Shown here piece after piece: positions 47,335 to 57,789 of a stretch of 64,000 nt of DNA. The position numbers and the translations under genes are program-made. The notes below the pieces were generated by a model. The model did not search any database, was not told the origin of the DNA, and saw nothing but the letters and a program-made list of their open reading frames with translations. This DNA comes from Alphaproteobacteria bacterium (GTDB lineage Bacteria; Pseudomonadota; Alphaproteobacteria; MPNO01; UBA830). Numbering within the stretch: the first letter of the stretch is position 1; every line of letters starts with the position of its first letter. The stretch spans positions 5,536,001 through 5,600,000 of the forward strand of contig OZ251539.1 of the NCBI GenBank assembly GCA_965243135.1. The letters run 5' to 3'.

Positions 47335-48435
47335 ATGTTCAGCGTTGCAGATGTGGAAGCCCGCGTCGTCCGCGTTCCGCTCAAATCCCCGATGAAGCTC
47401 GCGGGCGTAGAGATCGCGGACGCGGAAAACCTGATCGTTCGCATCCGCGACCGGGACGGCAACGTCGGCTGGGGCGAGGCCGCCTCCGCGCCGACGATGA
47501 CCGGCGAGACTCCCGAGAGCATGGTCGCGGCGGTCCGTTTCATGGAGCCGGCTCTGATCGGCGTCGACGTTGCCGATCCCTTCGACCTCCGGCTCGACCG
47601 GCTGATGTACGGCAATCACGGGGCCAAGGCGGCGATCGAAATCGCCGTTCTCGACCTGGCCGGCAAGCGCGTCGGAAAGCCGCTCCACGAACTTCTGGGC
47701 GGGAAGGCGCGCGACGAAGCGACCGTCCTGACGATGGTCGCCGGCGGCGACCGGCGCGCCGAGGTCGAAAACGTCCGAAGGCAACTGGACGCGGGCTTCG
47801 CGGCCTTCAAGGTGAAGGTCGGCGTCAACGATCCGCTTCGGGATCTGGAGCGCTCGGCGGCGGTCCGCGCCGCGGGCGGGGCAGGAGCGCGGATTTCCGC
47901 GGACGCCAACCAGGGCTACGGCAGGGAGGACGCGGTCAGGTTCGCCGAAGGCGCGGCGGGAGCGGGACTCGACTTCATGGAGCAACTCGTGGCGGGCGGC
48001 GATCTTGAAGGCATGGCGGCCTGCGCGGCCGTTTCCGGCGTTCCGCTCGGCGCCGACGAGGGACTTCATTCCGTGCGCGATATCCGTCTGCACCGTGAAA
48101 CGGGGGCGGCGAGCGGCGGGAGTCTCAAGACCATCAAGCTCGGCGGAGCGGGCCCCGTCCTTCGGGCGGCCCGCTTGATGCGCGATCTCGGCATGCACGT
48201 CAATCTCGCCGGAAAGCTTGCGGAAACCGGCATCGCGAGCGCCGCGACCGCTCATCTCGCCGTCGCCGTTCCGCAGCTCGATTGGGACGTGAGCGTAACC
48301 AGCCAGTATCTGGTCGACGACGTGGTGGAAGAACCCCTCCGGATCGTCGACGGCCGCCTGCGCCCCGGCGACGGCCCCGGTCTCGGCATCGTTCCCGCCG
48401 AGGAGAAGCTCGCGAAATTTCTGCAATCCCGTTAG
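47335..48435 (+). CDS. Mandelate racemase/muconate cycloisomerase (enolase superfamily) protein
   Basis: GWGEA, AKAAIEIAVLDLAGK, FKVKVG, DANQG, MEQ, ADE, K.IKLGG, PGDGPGLG. Confidence 0.9.
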   Translation: MFSVADVEARVVRVPLKSPMKLAGVEIADAENLIVRIRDRDGNVGWGEAASAPTMTGETPESMVAAVRFMEPALIGVDVADPFDLRLDRLMYGNHGAKAAIEIAVLDLAGKRVGKPLHELLGGKARDEATVLTMVAGGDRRAEVENVRRQLDAGFAAFKVKVGVNDPLRDLERSAAVRAAGGAGARISADANQGYGREDAVRFAEGAAGAGLDFMEQLVAGGDLEGMAACAAVSGVPLGADEGLHSVRDIRLHRETGAASGGSLKTIKLGGAGPVLRAARLMRDLGMHVNLAGKLAETGIASAATAHLAVAVPQLDWDVSVTSQYLVDDVVEEPLRIVDGRLRPGDGPGLGIVPAEEKLAKFLQSR

Positions 48436-48487
48436 GTTGGACCGGCGCCGGGCGGCCTGGCGTTTTTCGGCGCTTTGGAGGCGACGC

Positions 48488-49696
48488 ATGACCGATGCCA
48501 TCGGAGATTTTCCGCTCGGTTTCCGGGTGGAGGCGGGCGACCGCCGCGCCGCGCTGCTCGGCGCGAAAGCCGGGCGGGCGTCGTACGTCGTCGAGGCGCG
48601 CAAGCTCGATCTGCATCAGAAGGAGGCCGTCGTCCGCCAGGGCGACGGCGGAAGCAGGTGGCGCGTCGCGAGCGACGAGGGCAAGCATCTCAAGGGTACG
48701 GACCTCGCTCCCTTTCCCCTGGGCTTCTTCAACGCCGGACTGCAGGCCGACCTGATGGGACGGATCGCCGCTCTCGCGAACGCGCGCGGAGTCGCGGTCG
48801 ACGGTCTGGGGATCAAGCTCGGAAACGCCTATTCGATGACCGGATCCTTCTTCCGCGGCGACGGGGAGGGTTTCGCGGAACCGGCCGAGATCAGGGTCGA
48901 ACTGAGCGCGGACGCCGACGCCGGACGCGTCGCGGAACTGGTCGACGACGCGGTCGCGGCGTCGCCGGCGCTCGCCGCGATGAGCATGCCGTTGCGCAAT
49001 ACGTTCGCCATATACGTCAACGGCCGCCGCCGGGCGGTCGAGACGATGGCGCCGTCGCCGGAAGAAAGCGCGCCGGACCCGTTCGCGACCTGGCGCGAAC
49101 GGCCGGCTCCCGAACCGGGCGGCTCGCCGGACGCGATTCGCAAGACGGGCGCGGAACGGGCGGGAATGGTGGAGCCGGCGCCGGCGGGCACGAAGACCCG
49201 CATCGTCCGCATCGTCAGGGGGATCGGCCGGGCGATCGAGCCGGACGGCCTGACGGAAACGGACACCTGGCTGGAACTCCCCGGAATGAGCCACTTCGCC
49301 CTCAGGTCGGACGAGCGCCCCGAAGGCGGCGACGCCGCTCCGAGCGGGCTCGCCCTGTTGTCGGCGGGAATCGCGTTTTGCTTCATGACCCAGCTCGACC
49401 GCTACATCGAACACATGAAGTTCGACATCGGCGGCGTGCGCCTCGTCCAGCGTTGTCCGTACATGCTGAACGAAGACGCCGGCCGCCTGCGCGGCGCCGC
49501 GGGACCGGTGGACACGCATCTGTTCGTGAACGGCCGCGAGGACGACGAGACCTGCGAACGCCTGATGCGGATCGCGGCCCGCACGTGCTACCTGCACGCG
49601 ACTCTGGCGGCGGCGCTCGACCCCGTCGTCAGCGTCGAGGACTCGCGACCGCCGCTCGGTTCCCGCCCGCCGGCCGCCTGGAACGCCGGCGCATGA
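48488..49696 (+). CDS. Tandem OsmC/Ohr-like domain protein
   Basis: Domain 1: SDEG...GTDLAPFPL, no Cys. Domain 2: SDE...AAPSGLALLSAGIAFCFMTQ...AARTCYLH. Confidence 0.75.
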   Translation: MTDAIGDFPLGFRVEAGDRRAALLGAKAGRASYVVEARKLDLHQKEAVVRQGDGGSRWRVASDEGKHLKGTDLAPFPLGFFNAGLQADLMGRIAALANARGVAVDGLGIKLGNAYSMTGSFFRGDGEGFAEPAEIRVELSADADAGRVAELVDDAVAASPALAAMSMPLRNTFAIYVNGRRRAVETMAPSPEESAPDPFATWRERPAPEPGGSPDAIRKTGAERAGMVEPAPAGTKTRIVRIVRGIGRAIEPDGLTETDTWLELPGMSHFALRSDERPEGGDAAPSGLALLSAGIAFCFMTQLDRYIEHMKFDIGGVRLVQRCPYMLNEDAGRLRGAAGPVDTHLFVNGREDDETCERLMRIAARTCYLHATLAAALDPVVSVEDSRPPLGSRPPAAWNAGA

Positions 49697-51396
49697 GCGA
49701 ACGCCGCGGGATCGCGCGAGGCCTGACGAATTACGGGGATCCTGATTTCGCGATCTACCTGCGCCGGTCCTTCGCCAAATCCATGGGCTATTCCGACGCC
49801 ATGCTCCAACGGCCGGTAATCGGCGTCGCCTTCACCCCGTCGGGCTTCAACAACTGTCATCGCCACTTCCCGGAACTGCTCGAGGCGGTCAAGCGCGGCG
49901 TGATCGCGAACGGCGGCCTTCCTCTGGAATTCCCGACCGTTTCGCTCGGAGAGGTTTTCCTCAGCCCGACCAGCCTCAAGTTCCGCAACCTCATGGCGAT
50001 GGACACGGAAGAGATGATTCGCGCCCAACCCATGGATGCGGTCGTGCTGATGGGCGGTTGCGACAAGACCGTTCCCGCGCAGCTCATGGGGGCGGTCTCC
50101 GCCGGCCGGCCGGCGATTCAGCTCGTCGCCGGACCGATGATGACGTCCCGGCACGGCGACGACCGGCTCGGCGCCTGCACCGATTGCAGGCGCTTCTGGG
50201 CGCAATACCGCGCCGGCGGCGTCGACGGCGCGGAGATCCGGGAGATCGAGGGAAAGCTCGCGACGACGGCCGGGACCTGCGCGGTCATGGGCACCGCGTC
50301 CACCATGGCCTGCATCGCGGAAACCCTCGGCATGGCGCTGCCGGGAACGGCCGCCATACCCGCGGTTCACGCAGACCGCCTGCGGGCGGCGGAAGCCACG
50401 GGCGCCGCGGCGGTCGGCCTGGCGGCCCGCCCCGTCGCGCCCGACCGGATCGTCACGGCGGCTTCCGTGGAGAACGCGCTGCGCGTTCTGCTGGCGATCG
50501 GCGGTTCGACGAACGCGATCGTCCACCTGACGGCGATCGCCGGGCGCGCGGGCATCGACGTTTCGCTCCGGCGGCTCAACGAGCTCTCCGACGAGACGCC
50601 GGTGCTGATCAACCTCAAGCCGGTCGGCGACCATTACATGGAGGACTTCTTCGCCGCGGGGGGACTGGGCGGCGTGCTGAGGGAGCTGAAGCCTCTGCTC
50701 GATCTCGATTGCCGGACCGTTTCCGGCGAAACGCTGGGAGACAGGCTCGCGAACGAGGCGGCGGCCGTCGACCGCGGCGTGATCGCGGCGCTGGACGATC
50801 CGCTCGAGCCCTGCGGCGGGCTGGTCGCGTTGTTCGGTTCGCTCGCGCCGCGCGGCGCAATTCTCAAAAGGTCGGCGGCCGACAGCGGGTTGTTCGAGCG
50901 CACCGGCCGCGCGGTCGTGTTTTCCTCGCTCGAGGACCTCTCCCGGCGCATCGACGATCCCGGCCTCGACGTCGCCGCGGACGACTTCCTCGTTCTGCAG
51001 AATGCGGGGCCTTCCAGTCCTTCGGGCATGCCCGAGGCGGGCCATTTGCCGATTCCGAAAAAGCTGGCCGCGCGGGGCGTCAGGGACATGGTGCGGATAT
51101 CCGATGCGCGAATGTCGGGCACGGCTTACGGAACGGTCGTGCTGCACGTCGCGCCGGAGGCGTTCGCCGGCGGCCCGCTCGGGCTGGCGAAGACCGGGGA
51201 CCGGATCAGGTTGTCGGTCGCGGAGAAGAGGCTCGACCTTCTTGTCGAGGAGAACGAGCTCGGCAAGCGCCGCGCGGAGGCGCCGCCGCCGCCGGCCGCG
51301 CCGACGCGGGGGTACGCCCTGCTCCATGCGCGCGAGGTGTTGCAGGCGGACCAGGGCTGCGATTTCGGCTTCCTGAGAGCGGCGGCGATTCCCTGA
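49693..51396 (+). CDS. IlvD/Edd-family dihydroxy-acid dehydratase
   Basis: NNCH, GGCDKTVPA, GTCAVMGTASTM, GGSTN, GMPE, ISDARMSGT, HVAPE. Confidence 0.92.
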   Translation: MSERRGIARGLTNYGDPDFAIYLRRSFAKSMGYSDAMLQRPVIGVAFTPSGFNNCHRHFPELLEAVKRGVIANGGLPLEFPTVSLGEVFLSPTSLKFRNLMAMDTEEMIRAQPMDAVVLMGGCDKTVPAQLMGAVSAGRPAIQLVAGPMMTSRHGDDRLGACTDCRRFWAQYRAGGVDGAEIREIEGKLATTAGTCAVMGTASTMACIAETLGMALPGTAAIPAVHADRLRAAEATGAAAVGLAARPVAPDRIVTAASVENALRVLLAIGGSTNAIVHLTAIAGRAGIDVSLRRLNELSDETPVLINLKPVGDHYMEDFFAAGGLGGVLRELKPLLDLDCRTVSGETLGDRLANEAAAVDRGVIAALDDPLEPCGGLVALFGSLAPRGAILKRSAADSGLFERTGRAVVFSSLEDLSRRIDDPGLDVAADDFLVLQNAGPSSPSGMPEAGHLPIPKKLAARGVRDMVRISDARMSGTAYGTVVLHVAPEAFAGGPLGLAKTGDRIRLSVAEKRLDLLVEENELGKRRAEAPPPPAAPTRGYALLHAREVLQADQGCDFGFLRAAAIP

Positions 51397-51552
51397 CCCC
51401 GGCGGCCCGCCGGGCCTGCGGGAACCTGATTTCGCGGCGGCGGGTTCCGCGGGAGGCCGAGGTTTCGCCGGCCCGTCCCTCGGCGAAACGGTCCGTCGCG
51501 GACGGCGCCTGGGAGTCGGCAGGGGCGGCGGCCGCGCGGTTCGGCGCGCCGT

Positions 51553-53478
51553 TCAGGTCCGGTCCGTCAGCGCCGCTTCCAGTTTCGGCAGCAGTTCGGG
51601 ATCGGCGAGCGCGCTCGTGTCGCCGGGATCCGACCCCGAGAGAAGCGCACGGAGCACGCGGCGCATGACTTTCAGGTTGCGGGTCTTGGGAAGTTCGTCG
51701 ACGAAGCGAATTTCGCGCGGCCTGAACGGTGCGCCGAGCCCGTCGGCCACGGCGTCGGCGAGCCTTTTCGCGGCCTCCGCGGGATCCGCCTGCTTGCCGA
51801 CGCAAACGCAGACGATGGCCTCTCCCTTGGCCGGGTCGGGGACGCCGACGGCGGCCGCCTCCGAGATCAGGCCGGTGGCGAGCAGCAGATCTTCGATTTC
51901 GGACGGGCCGGTGCGCTTGCCCGCGATCTTGATCGTGTCGTCCGCGCGTCCGTGCAGATACCATAGCCCGTCCGCGTCGACCGATGCCGTGTCGCCTTGA
52001 ACCCAGCAATTCGGGAACTTGTTCCAATAGGTTTCCAGGTAACGTTCGGAATCTTTCCACAAGCCCCGGGTCAGCCCGATCGACGCGCGGCGCATGACGA
52101 GCTCTCCCTTGGCGCCGACGGGGACCGGACTTCCGGTTTCGTCGAGGATCGCAGCGCCGACGCCCGGCACCGGTCCGCCGAACGAGCACGGCTTCAGGGG
52201 ATGAAGCACCGTGCCGACGAGAATGGCGCCGCCGACCTCCGTGCCGCCGGCGTAGTTGAGAATCGGCGCGGCGCTCCGGCCGACTTTCCGGAAGAGCCAG
52301 AGCCACGACTCCGGATCCCACAACTCTCCGGTAGACACCATTATCCGGAGACTCTCCGGCGCCTGCGCCGGGGCGCTGCGCATCATCGTTCTCGCGACCG
52401 TCGGCGCGAGGCCGAGCACCGTCACGCCGTGTTCCGCGGCGAGGCGCAGCAGCCGCCCCGAATCCGGGTAGTCGGGCGTTCCTTCGGCCATGACCGCCGT
52501 CGCGCCGAGAAGCGTCGCGCCGATGACGGTCTTCGGTCCCACCAGCCAACCCATATCGCTCATCCACAGGAGACGGTCCCCGGCCCGGATATCGAGCAGG
52601 AGTCCGAGATCGAGCGCGTTCTTGACCATCGCGCCGCAATGCGTGTGGACGGTCCCCTTGGGCCGTCCCGTGGTGCCCGAAGTGAACATCAACATCAGCG
52701 GTTCTTCGGCGTCCACGATTTCCGGCGCGGCCTCCTCGCCGGCGGCGAGATCCCGCCAGCGGCAGTCGCGCCCGGCCGTCATCGGGACAGGGTCTCCGAG
52801 GCGATCGAAGACGACGACATGGCGCAGCGTCGGAACCCGCTCGGCGGCCTTGTCGAGCGTCTCCTTCATCGCGACCGTTCTGCCCCGCCGCAGCGTTCCG
52901 TCGGCGGCGATCACGGCGACGGCTCGCGCCTCGTTCAGCCGGCTGGCGATCGCCGCCGCGCCGAACCCGGAAAACAGCGGCAGCGCGATCGCGCCGATCC
53001 GGGCGACGGCGAGAAACGCCGCCGCCGCCTCGGGCGCCATCGGCATGTGGAGCGCGATCACGTCTCTCCGGCCCAGGCCGAGGCGGCGCAGTCCTCCGGC
53101 GAGCCGCGCCGTCTCGGAGGTCAGCCGTTCGTAGGTCCAGCGCCGAACGACGCCGTCTTCGCCTTCCCAGACGACGGCGCACGCGTCGCCGCGTCCCATC
53201 TCCAGTTGGCGGTCGAGGCAGTTCATGGCGAGGTTGGTCGTTCCGCCGACGCACCATCTCGGCCATGCCTCGCCCCTGTCGAGGTCGAGAACTCGCTCGA
53301 ACGGCTTGTCGAAGCGAATGTCATGGTGACCGATAACGGCGTTCCAGAACCATTCCGGATCGTCCAGGGCTTTCGCGTCGAGGGCGGCGTAGTCGGGGAG
53401 GGAATGCGCGTCGAGGAAGGCTCGGAGATTGCTGGATCGGACGGTGTCTTCGTCCGGTCGCCACACGAATTCCGACAT
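51553..53478 (-). CDS. Acyl-CoA synthetase (acetate-CoA ligase-like AMP-binding enzyme)
   Basis: FTSGTTGRPKG, YAGGTE, GRADDTIKIAGKR, LPKTRNLKVMRR. Confidence 0.92.
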   Translation of the reverse strand: MSEFVWRPDEDTVRSSNLRAFLDAHSLPDYAALDAKALDDPEWFWNAVIGHHDIRFDKPFERVLDLDRGEAWPRWCVGGTTNLAMNCLDRQLEMGRGDACAVVWEGEDGVVRRWTYERLTSETARLAGGLRRLGLGRRDVIALHMPMAPEAAAAFLAVARIGAIALPLFSGFGAAAIASRLNEARAVAVIAADGTLRRGRTVAMKETLDKAAERVPTLRHVVVFDRLGDPVPMTAGRDCRWRDLAAGEEAAPEIVDAEEPLMLMFTSGTTGRPKGTVHTHCGAMVKNALDLGLLLDIRAGDRLLWMSDMGWLVGPKTVIGATLLGATAVMAEGTPDYPDSGRLLRLAAEHGVTVLGLAPTVARTMMRSAPAQAPESLRIMVSTGELWDPESWLWLFRKVGRSAAPILNYAGGTEVGGAILVGTVLHPLKPCSFGGPVPGVGAAILDETGSPVPVGAKGELVMRRASIGLTRGLWKDSERYLETYWNKFPNCWVQGDTASVDADGLWYLHGRADDTIKIAGKRTGPSEIEDLLLATGLISEAAAVGVPDPAKGEAIVCVCVGKQADPAEAAKRLADAVADGLGAPFRPREIRFVDELPKTRNLKVMRRVLRALLSGSDPGDTSALADPELLPKLEAALTDRT

Positions 53479-53834
53479 GATCGCACTCCCGGGATTTCTT
53501 GCGCCATGCGTCCTGAAATACAGGAAGCATTCAGGGGGGCCAATTATTTGGCCCCGGTTGCGGTAAACCGCGAATTCTCCGCGTCGGAACCGCCATTTTG
53601 GCGGATCCGGCCCCAAGACGGCCGCCGGGACGCCCTGCGCAAACGGCCGCACCAGGCAAAAGATCCGTCGGGGCGTCCGGCCGGTGTTCGGCCTCGACGA
53701 GCGCCCGCGCCGCTCTGGCTATCCTCGGGCAGCCGGAAAGCGGGCGCGGAGCGAACGTCTCGCCCGGGAAAACGCTTGCGGCGGGAGAGCGCACACTATA
53801 TCTTGATCGCATCCGCGAAGACAGGAAGTGCTGG

Positions 53835-54833
53835 ATGACCGTCGTCGATGTTCACTGCCATGTCGCGCCGGAGTCCTGCTTGCCGATGGAAGCCGTTGGA
53901 CCGGACGGGCGCACCTACGGCCTCCGCGTCGACCGGGACGATTGCGGAGCCCTTTGTCCGGTCATTAACGGCCGTCCCAACCGCAACTGCGAAGCCGACC
54001 AGCTCTACGACATGGAACGGCGGCTTCGAGAAATGGATGCCGCCGGGGTCGATATCCAGGTGCTGAGTCCGGTGACTTTCTTCTATTTCTACAACCTGCC
54101 GGATGAAGAGTGCGCGGCGCGGTCGCGGCGGGTGAACGCCGCGGTCGCGGCTATCGTCGAGGGACGTCCTGATCGTTTTCGGGGGATGGCGACGCTTCCG
54201 ATGCAGAATCCCGAGTTCGCCGTTGCCGAGCTGGAACACGCGGTCGGCGAACTCGGGCTGAACGGCGTCGAAATCTGCTCCAACGTCAACGGCCGGAATC
54301 TGGATGAACCCGAGTTCCGTCCGTTCTTCGAGGCGGTCGCGCGGTTGCGCGTGCCCGTGTTCGTGCATCCCGCGCATGTCGCCGCCGGCGATCGGTTGCA
54401 ACGGCATTATCTGGAAAACCTGATCGGCAACCCGCTCGATTCGGCGATCTGCATCGCCAGCCTGATATTCGGCGGAGTCCTCGACGCATTCCCCGGCCTG
54501 GACATGGTTTTCGCCCACGGAGGCGGCGTCGCGCCCATCCTTGCCGGACGGTGGAACCATGGTCACGGCGTCCGGCCCGAATGCGACGCCCTTCCGCGGA
54601 AGCCGGCGGAATACCTTCGAGATCTCTACTACGACACGATCACCCACGATGCGCGGGCGCTGAGCTATCTCTGCGACCTCGTCGGACCTTCGCGGCTGCT
54701 TCTCGGCACCGATTATCCTTTCGACATGGGAGATACGGACCCATTGGCGTCGATCGCGGAATTGTCCGGAGCGAGCGAGGAAGCCGTCGCGGACATGCGC
54801 GGCCGGACGGCCGCCCGGCTCTACGGCATCTGA
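53835..54833 (+). CDS. Amidohydrolase_2 family (ACMSD-like decarboxylase/hydratase)
   Basis: DVHCH, ATLPMQ, VFVHP, LIFGGVLD.FP.L..VFAHGGG, LLGTDYPFDMG. Confidence 0.88.
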   Translation: MTVVDVHCHVAPESCLPMEAVGPDGRTYGLRVDRDDCGALCPVINGRPNRNCEADQLYDMERRLREMDAAGVDIQVLSPVTFFYFYNLPDEECAARSRRVNAAVAAIVEGRPDRFRGMATLPMQNPEFAVAELEHAVGELGLNGVEICSNVNGRNLDEPEFRPFFEAVARLRVPVFVHPAHVAAGDRLQRHYLENLIGNPLDSAICIASLIFGGVLDAFPGLDMVFAHGGGVAPILAGRWNHGHGVRPECDALPRKPAEYLRDLYYDTITHDARALSYLCDLVGPSRLLLGTDYPFDMGDTDPLASIAELSGASEEAVADMRGRTAARLYGI

Positions 54834-54879
54834 ACGCCATCTCCGCATTTTTCCTTCCGACCGCAGACGAGGACCAGCC

Positions 54880-55788
54880 ATGCCAGGAACGCCCTATCGG
54901 GACATTCTCCACGAGGTCAGGGACGGCGTTTCGTGGACGACGATCAACCGGCCCCAAGTGCGCAACGCCTTTCGCGAGCAAACCCTCGACGAGATGATCG
55001 ACGCGCTGAAAGCGACGCGGAACGATCCTTCGATCGCGTGCGCCGTCGTGACCGGAGCCGGCGACAAGGCGTTCTCGGCGGGCGGCGATTTTCACGCCAT
55101 GATGCGCCTCAACCGGGCGAACGCCGTTCACTGGAACGACCGCATGCTCGGCCTCGCGATGACGATAAGGGGCTTGCCGATTCCGGTGATCGCCATGGTG
55201 AACGGATGGTGCATGGGGGGCGGGCACGAACTTGCGCTCTGGTGCGACCTCGTCATCGCTTCCGACAACGCCGTATTCGGTCAGACCGGGGCGCGGGTCG
55301 GCGCCTGCCCAACCGTTGGCGCGACTCAATACATTCCCCGTCTGGTCGGAGAGCGTCTGGCGCGGGAGATGATCTTTCTGTGCCGCACGCTTACCGCCGA
55401 GGAAGCCGTGAACGCCGGCCTGATCAACAAAGCGGTGCCGCAGAAGGACTTGCTCGAGGAAACCAAGGCGTGGTGCGAGCGGATAAAATCCTACAGTTCG
55501 CAGACGCTTCGGGCGACCAAGAAGTCGCTCAACTTCGAGTCCGACGAGCTATACGCCTCGTGGCAGCACGGCATGGAGCTGCTGGCCCATATCTGGGGGT
55601 CGGAAGAATCGCTCGAAGGAATGAGGGCGTTTCTCGAGAAGCGGAAGCCGGATTTCGGAAAATTCCGCGAACGCAATCGCCGACAGGTGGAAGATTATCT
55701 GGCCGGCCTGGAGCGGGACGAAAACCAAGCGGGCGGAGGGACCGATTCGCGGGATGGCGTTGCGGGGAACGGCGCGAACGGAACGTGA
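54880..55788 (+). CDS. Crotonase-family enzyme, BadI/MenB-like
   Basis: INRPQVRNAF, TGAGDKAFSAGGD, VNGWCMGGGHEL, FGQTGARVG, GMRAFLEKRKPDF. Confidence 0.85.
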   Translation: MPGTPYRDILHEVRDGVSWTTINRPQVRNAFREQTLDEMIDALKATRNDPSIACAVVTGAGDKAFSAGGDFHAMMRLNRANAVHWNDRMLGLAMTIRGLPIPVIAMVNGWCMGGGHELALWCDLVIASDNAVFGQTGARVGACPTVGATQYIPRLVGERLAREMIFLCRTLTAEEAVNAGLINKAVPQKDLLEETKAWCERIKSYSSQTLRATKKSLNFESDELYASWQHGMELLAHIWGSEESLEGMRAFLEKRKPDFGKFRERNRRQVEDYLAGLERDENQAGGGTDSRDGVAGNGANGT

Positions 55789-55948
55789 GGAATCGCCGGA
55801 ACGCTGGCGGCCCTCCCCCGTCGACTCTCGCCCGCGACGCGGGCGGTCGTCGATCTCCGGGCGGCATGTTTGGACGGGCGGCTTGTCTGAAACCGCGATT
55901 CGGAACCTCGAACGGCGCGAAAGGCAGCGGATAAGCCGGGAGTTGCGG

Positions 55949-57025
55949 ATGTCAGAACGCGGCGTGACCATCGCCGATTCCGTTTTGCGGGAATTCGCCG
56001 AGAGATTGTTCGAGGCGAAGGGCGTGGCGGCGGAAGACGCCGCCCTGATTGCCCGCGTTCTGGTCTGGGCCAATCTGCGAGGCGTCGATTCCCACGGGGT
56101 GTTGCGCATACCCGGATACCTTGCGCGCCTGGACAACGGTCTCAACAACCCGCGTCCGAACATGAAGGTGACGATCGATACCCCTGCGGCCTCGGTGTTG
56201 GAGGCGGATCGCGCCTTCGGCCAGATCGCGCTCGGTCGGGCCATGACGCTGGCGGTCGATAAGGCCGCCGCCGCGGGAGTGGGGATCTGCCTGATTCGGC
56301 GGACCACGCATCTGGGAGCGATCGGGTATTTCGCGCTGGAGGCGGCGGCGAAAGGGATGGCGGGAATCGCGCTTTCCTCGTCGAGGCCCAACATGGTCTA
56401 TCCGGGCGCGCGGGCCGCCGGCCTCGCGACCAGCCCCATCGCGATCGCCGTGCCCGGCGCCGCCCACGCGCCGCTGACGCTCGATATGGCGACGGCGACG
56501 GCCTCCATCGGCAAGATCGCCTTCGCTCGCGATTCCGGCGTTCCGCTCGGAGAAGGCTGGGCCGTGGATTCGGACGGCAACCCGACGACGGATGCGACCC
56601 GGGCGGCGATCCCGACCCCGCTCGGCGGATTCAAGGGAGGAGGGCTCTCGTTGATGTTCGAATGCCTGACGAGCCTGATGGTCGCCAATCCCTTGATCTC
56701 GCCGTTTCTGGAAGGCGCGCCGGACGGCCGCGCGCATATGCAGAACGGCCTCGCCATCGCTCTCGATATCGGTCGTTTCACCGATGCGGAGGCATATGCG
56801 CGCGAGGTGGATCGGCTGGCGGCGGCGCTGAAGACCTTGCCTCGCGCGGAGGGCGTCGAGGAAATTCTTGTGCCCGGAGAACGCGGCGACCGGGTTCTTC
56901 GCGACCGGATCCTGCGCGGCATACCGCTGCCGGCCGGCACGTGGGCACGGCTTGAGGAGGCCGCGGAATCGCTGGGAGTGACGCCGCCGTCGCCGGACGC
57001 GGCGACCGGAGATGCCGCCGGGTGA
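55949..57025 (+). CDS. Ldh_2 family (malate/L-lactate/sulfolactate-type) oxidoreductase
   Basis: ANLRGVDSHG, THLGAIGY, DMAT, G.PTTD, GGFKGGGL, VPGE. Confidence 0.9.
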   Translation: MSERGVTIADSVLREFAERLFEAKGVAAEDAALIARVLVWANLRGVDSHGVLRIPGYLARLDNGLNNPRPNMKVTIDTPAASVLEADRAFGQIALGRAMTLAVDKAAAAGVGICLIRRTTHLGAIGYFALEAAAKGMAGIALSSSRPNMVYPGARAAGLATSPIAIAVPGAAHAPLTLDMATATASIGKIAFARDSGVPLGEGWAVDSDGNPTTDATRAAIPTPLGGFKGGGLSLMFECLTSLMVANPLISPFLEGAPDGRAHMQNGLAIALDIGRFTDAEAYAREVDRLAAALKTLPRAEGVEEILVPGERGDRVLRDRILRGIPLPAGTWARLEEAAESLGVTPPSPDAATGDAAG

Positions 57026-57181
57026 ACGGGCGAAGCCGGTCGCCGCTCGCCTGATTCGCGCGCCTGCCGCGCGGCGCGGCTTCTCGCTGCCTTGTTGGAC
57101 GGAACTCCGAACGCTTGTTCGATCCCTCCGCAGAAAGTATTTTCGCGCGGCGATAGCGGCGGACCGACCGGGGAGCGCATC

Positions 57182-57559
57182 ATGCTTGGCGTTTTTGCTT
57201 GGAACGAACTCATTTCCGGCGACGTGGAAGCGTCGAAAAACTTCTACACGAGGGTTTTCGGCTGGGAAGGCAAGGACATGCCCATGTCGGGCGGCGGCAC
57301 CTACACGATTTTCGAATCCGGCGGCGAGCCGGTCGCGGGCATGATTCCAATGGAATGCACGACAGCGCCGGAGGGCACGCCGAACCACTGGTTCGCGTAT
57401 ATCAGCGTGGACAACGTCGAGGCGACCTGCCGGGCAACGGCCGAGGCCGGCGGAGCCGTCGTCCGCGAACCTTTTCCGATTCCGGGCATGGGCACTATCG
57501 CCATACTTTCCGCGGCGGACGGGAGCTTCTACGGCGTGATGCAGCCGGAACGCCGCTGA
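57182..57559 (+). CDS. VOC/glyoxalase family protein
   Basis: FAWNEL...FY.RVFGW, HWFAYISVDNVEA, PFPIPGMG. Confidence 0.85.
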   Translation: MLGVFAWNELISGDVEASKNFYTRVFGWEGKDMPMSGGGTYTIFESGGEPVAGMIPMECTTAPEGTPNHWFAYISVDNVEATCRATAEAGGAVVREPFPIPGMGTIAILSAADGSFYGVMQPERR

Positions 57560-57641
57560 CGGCCCCGGCTCAGGCGCGGAGCACCGGCGCGAGTTCGGCG
57601 AAGGTCGCGGCAATCTTCGACAAGGCGCGCGTGCGGTTCGC

Positions 57642-57758
57642 GGGATGCGCGTTTCCGCAGGCAGCGCGTCGACATCCCGCGGAGCGTAGACGCGGCGGGG
57701 TCTCGAACGTGGACTCGGGCTTCACCCGGACGACGCAGCCGCTTCTTCGACGTCGCCA
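57642..57758 (-). repeat. Degenerate copy of the 3' end of the 59154..59639 gene (direct repeat of 59169-59296)
   Basis: Shared GCGCGTCGACATCC..CGGAGCGTAGAC and GTGGACTCGGGCTTCACCCGGA.GACGCAGC blocks, with small deletions. Confidence 0.85.
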
Positions 57759-57789
57759 ATGGAAAAATCATAACGACGAGCTTTGGAAG

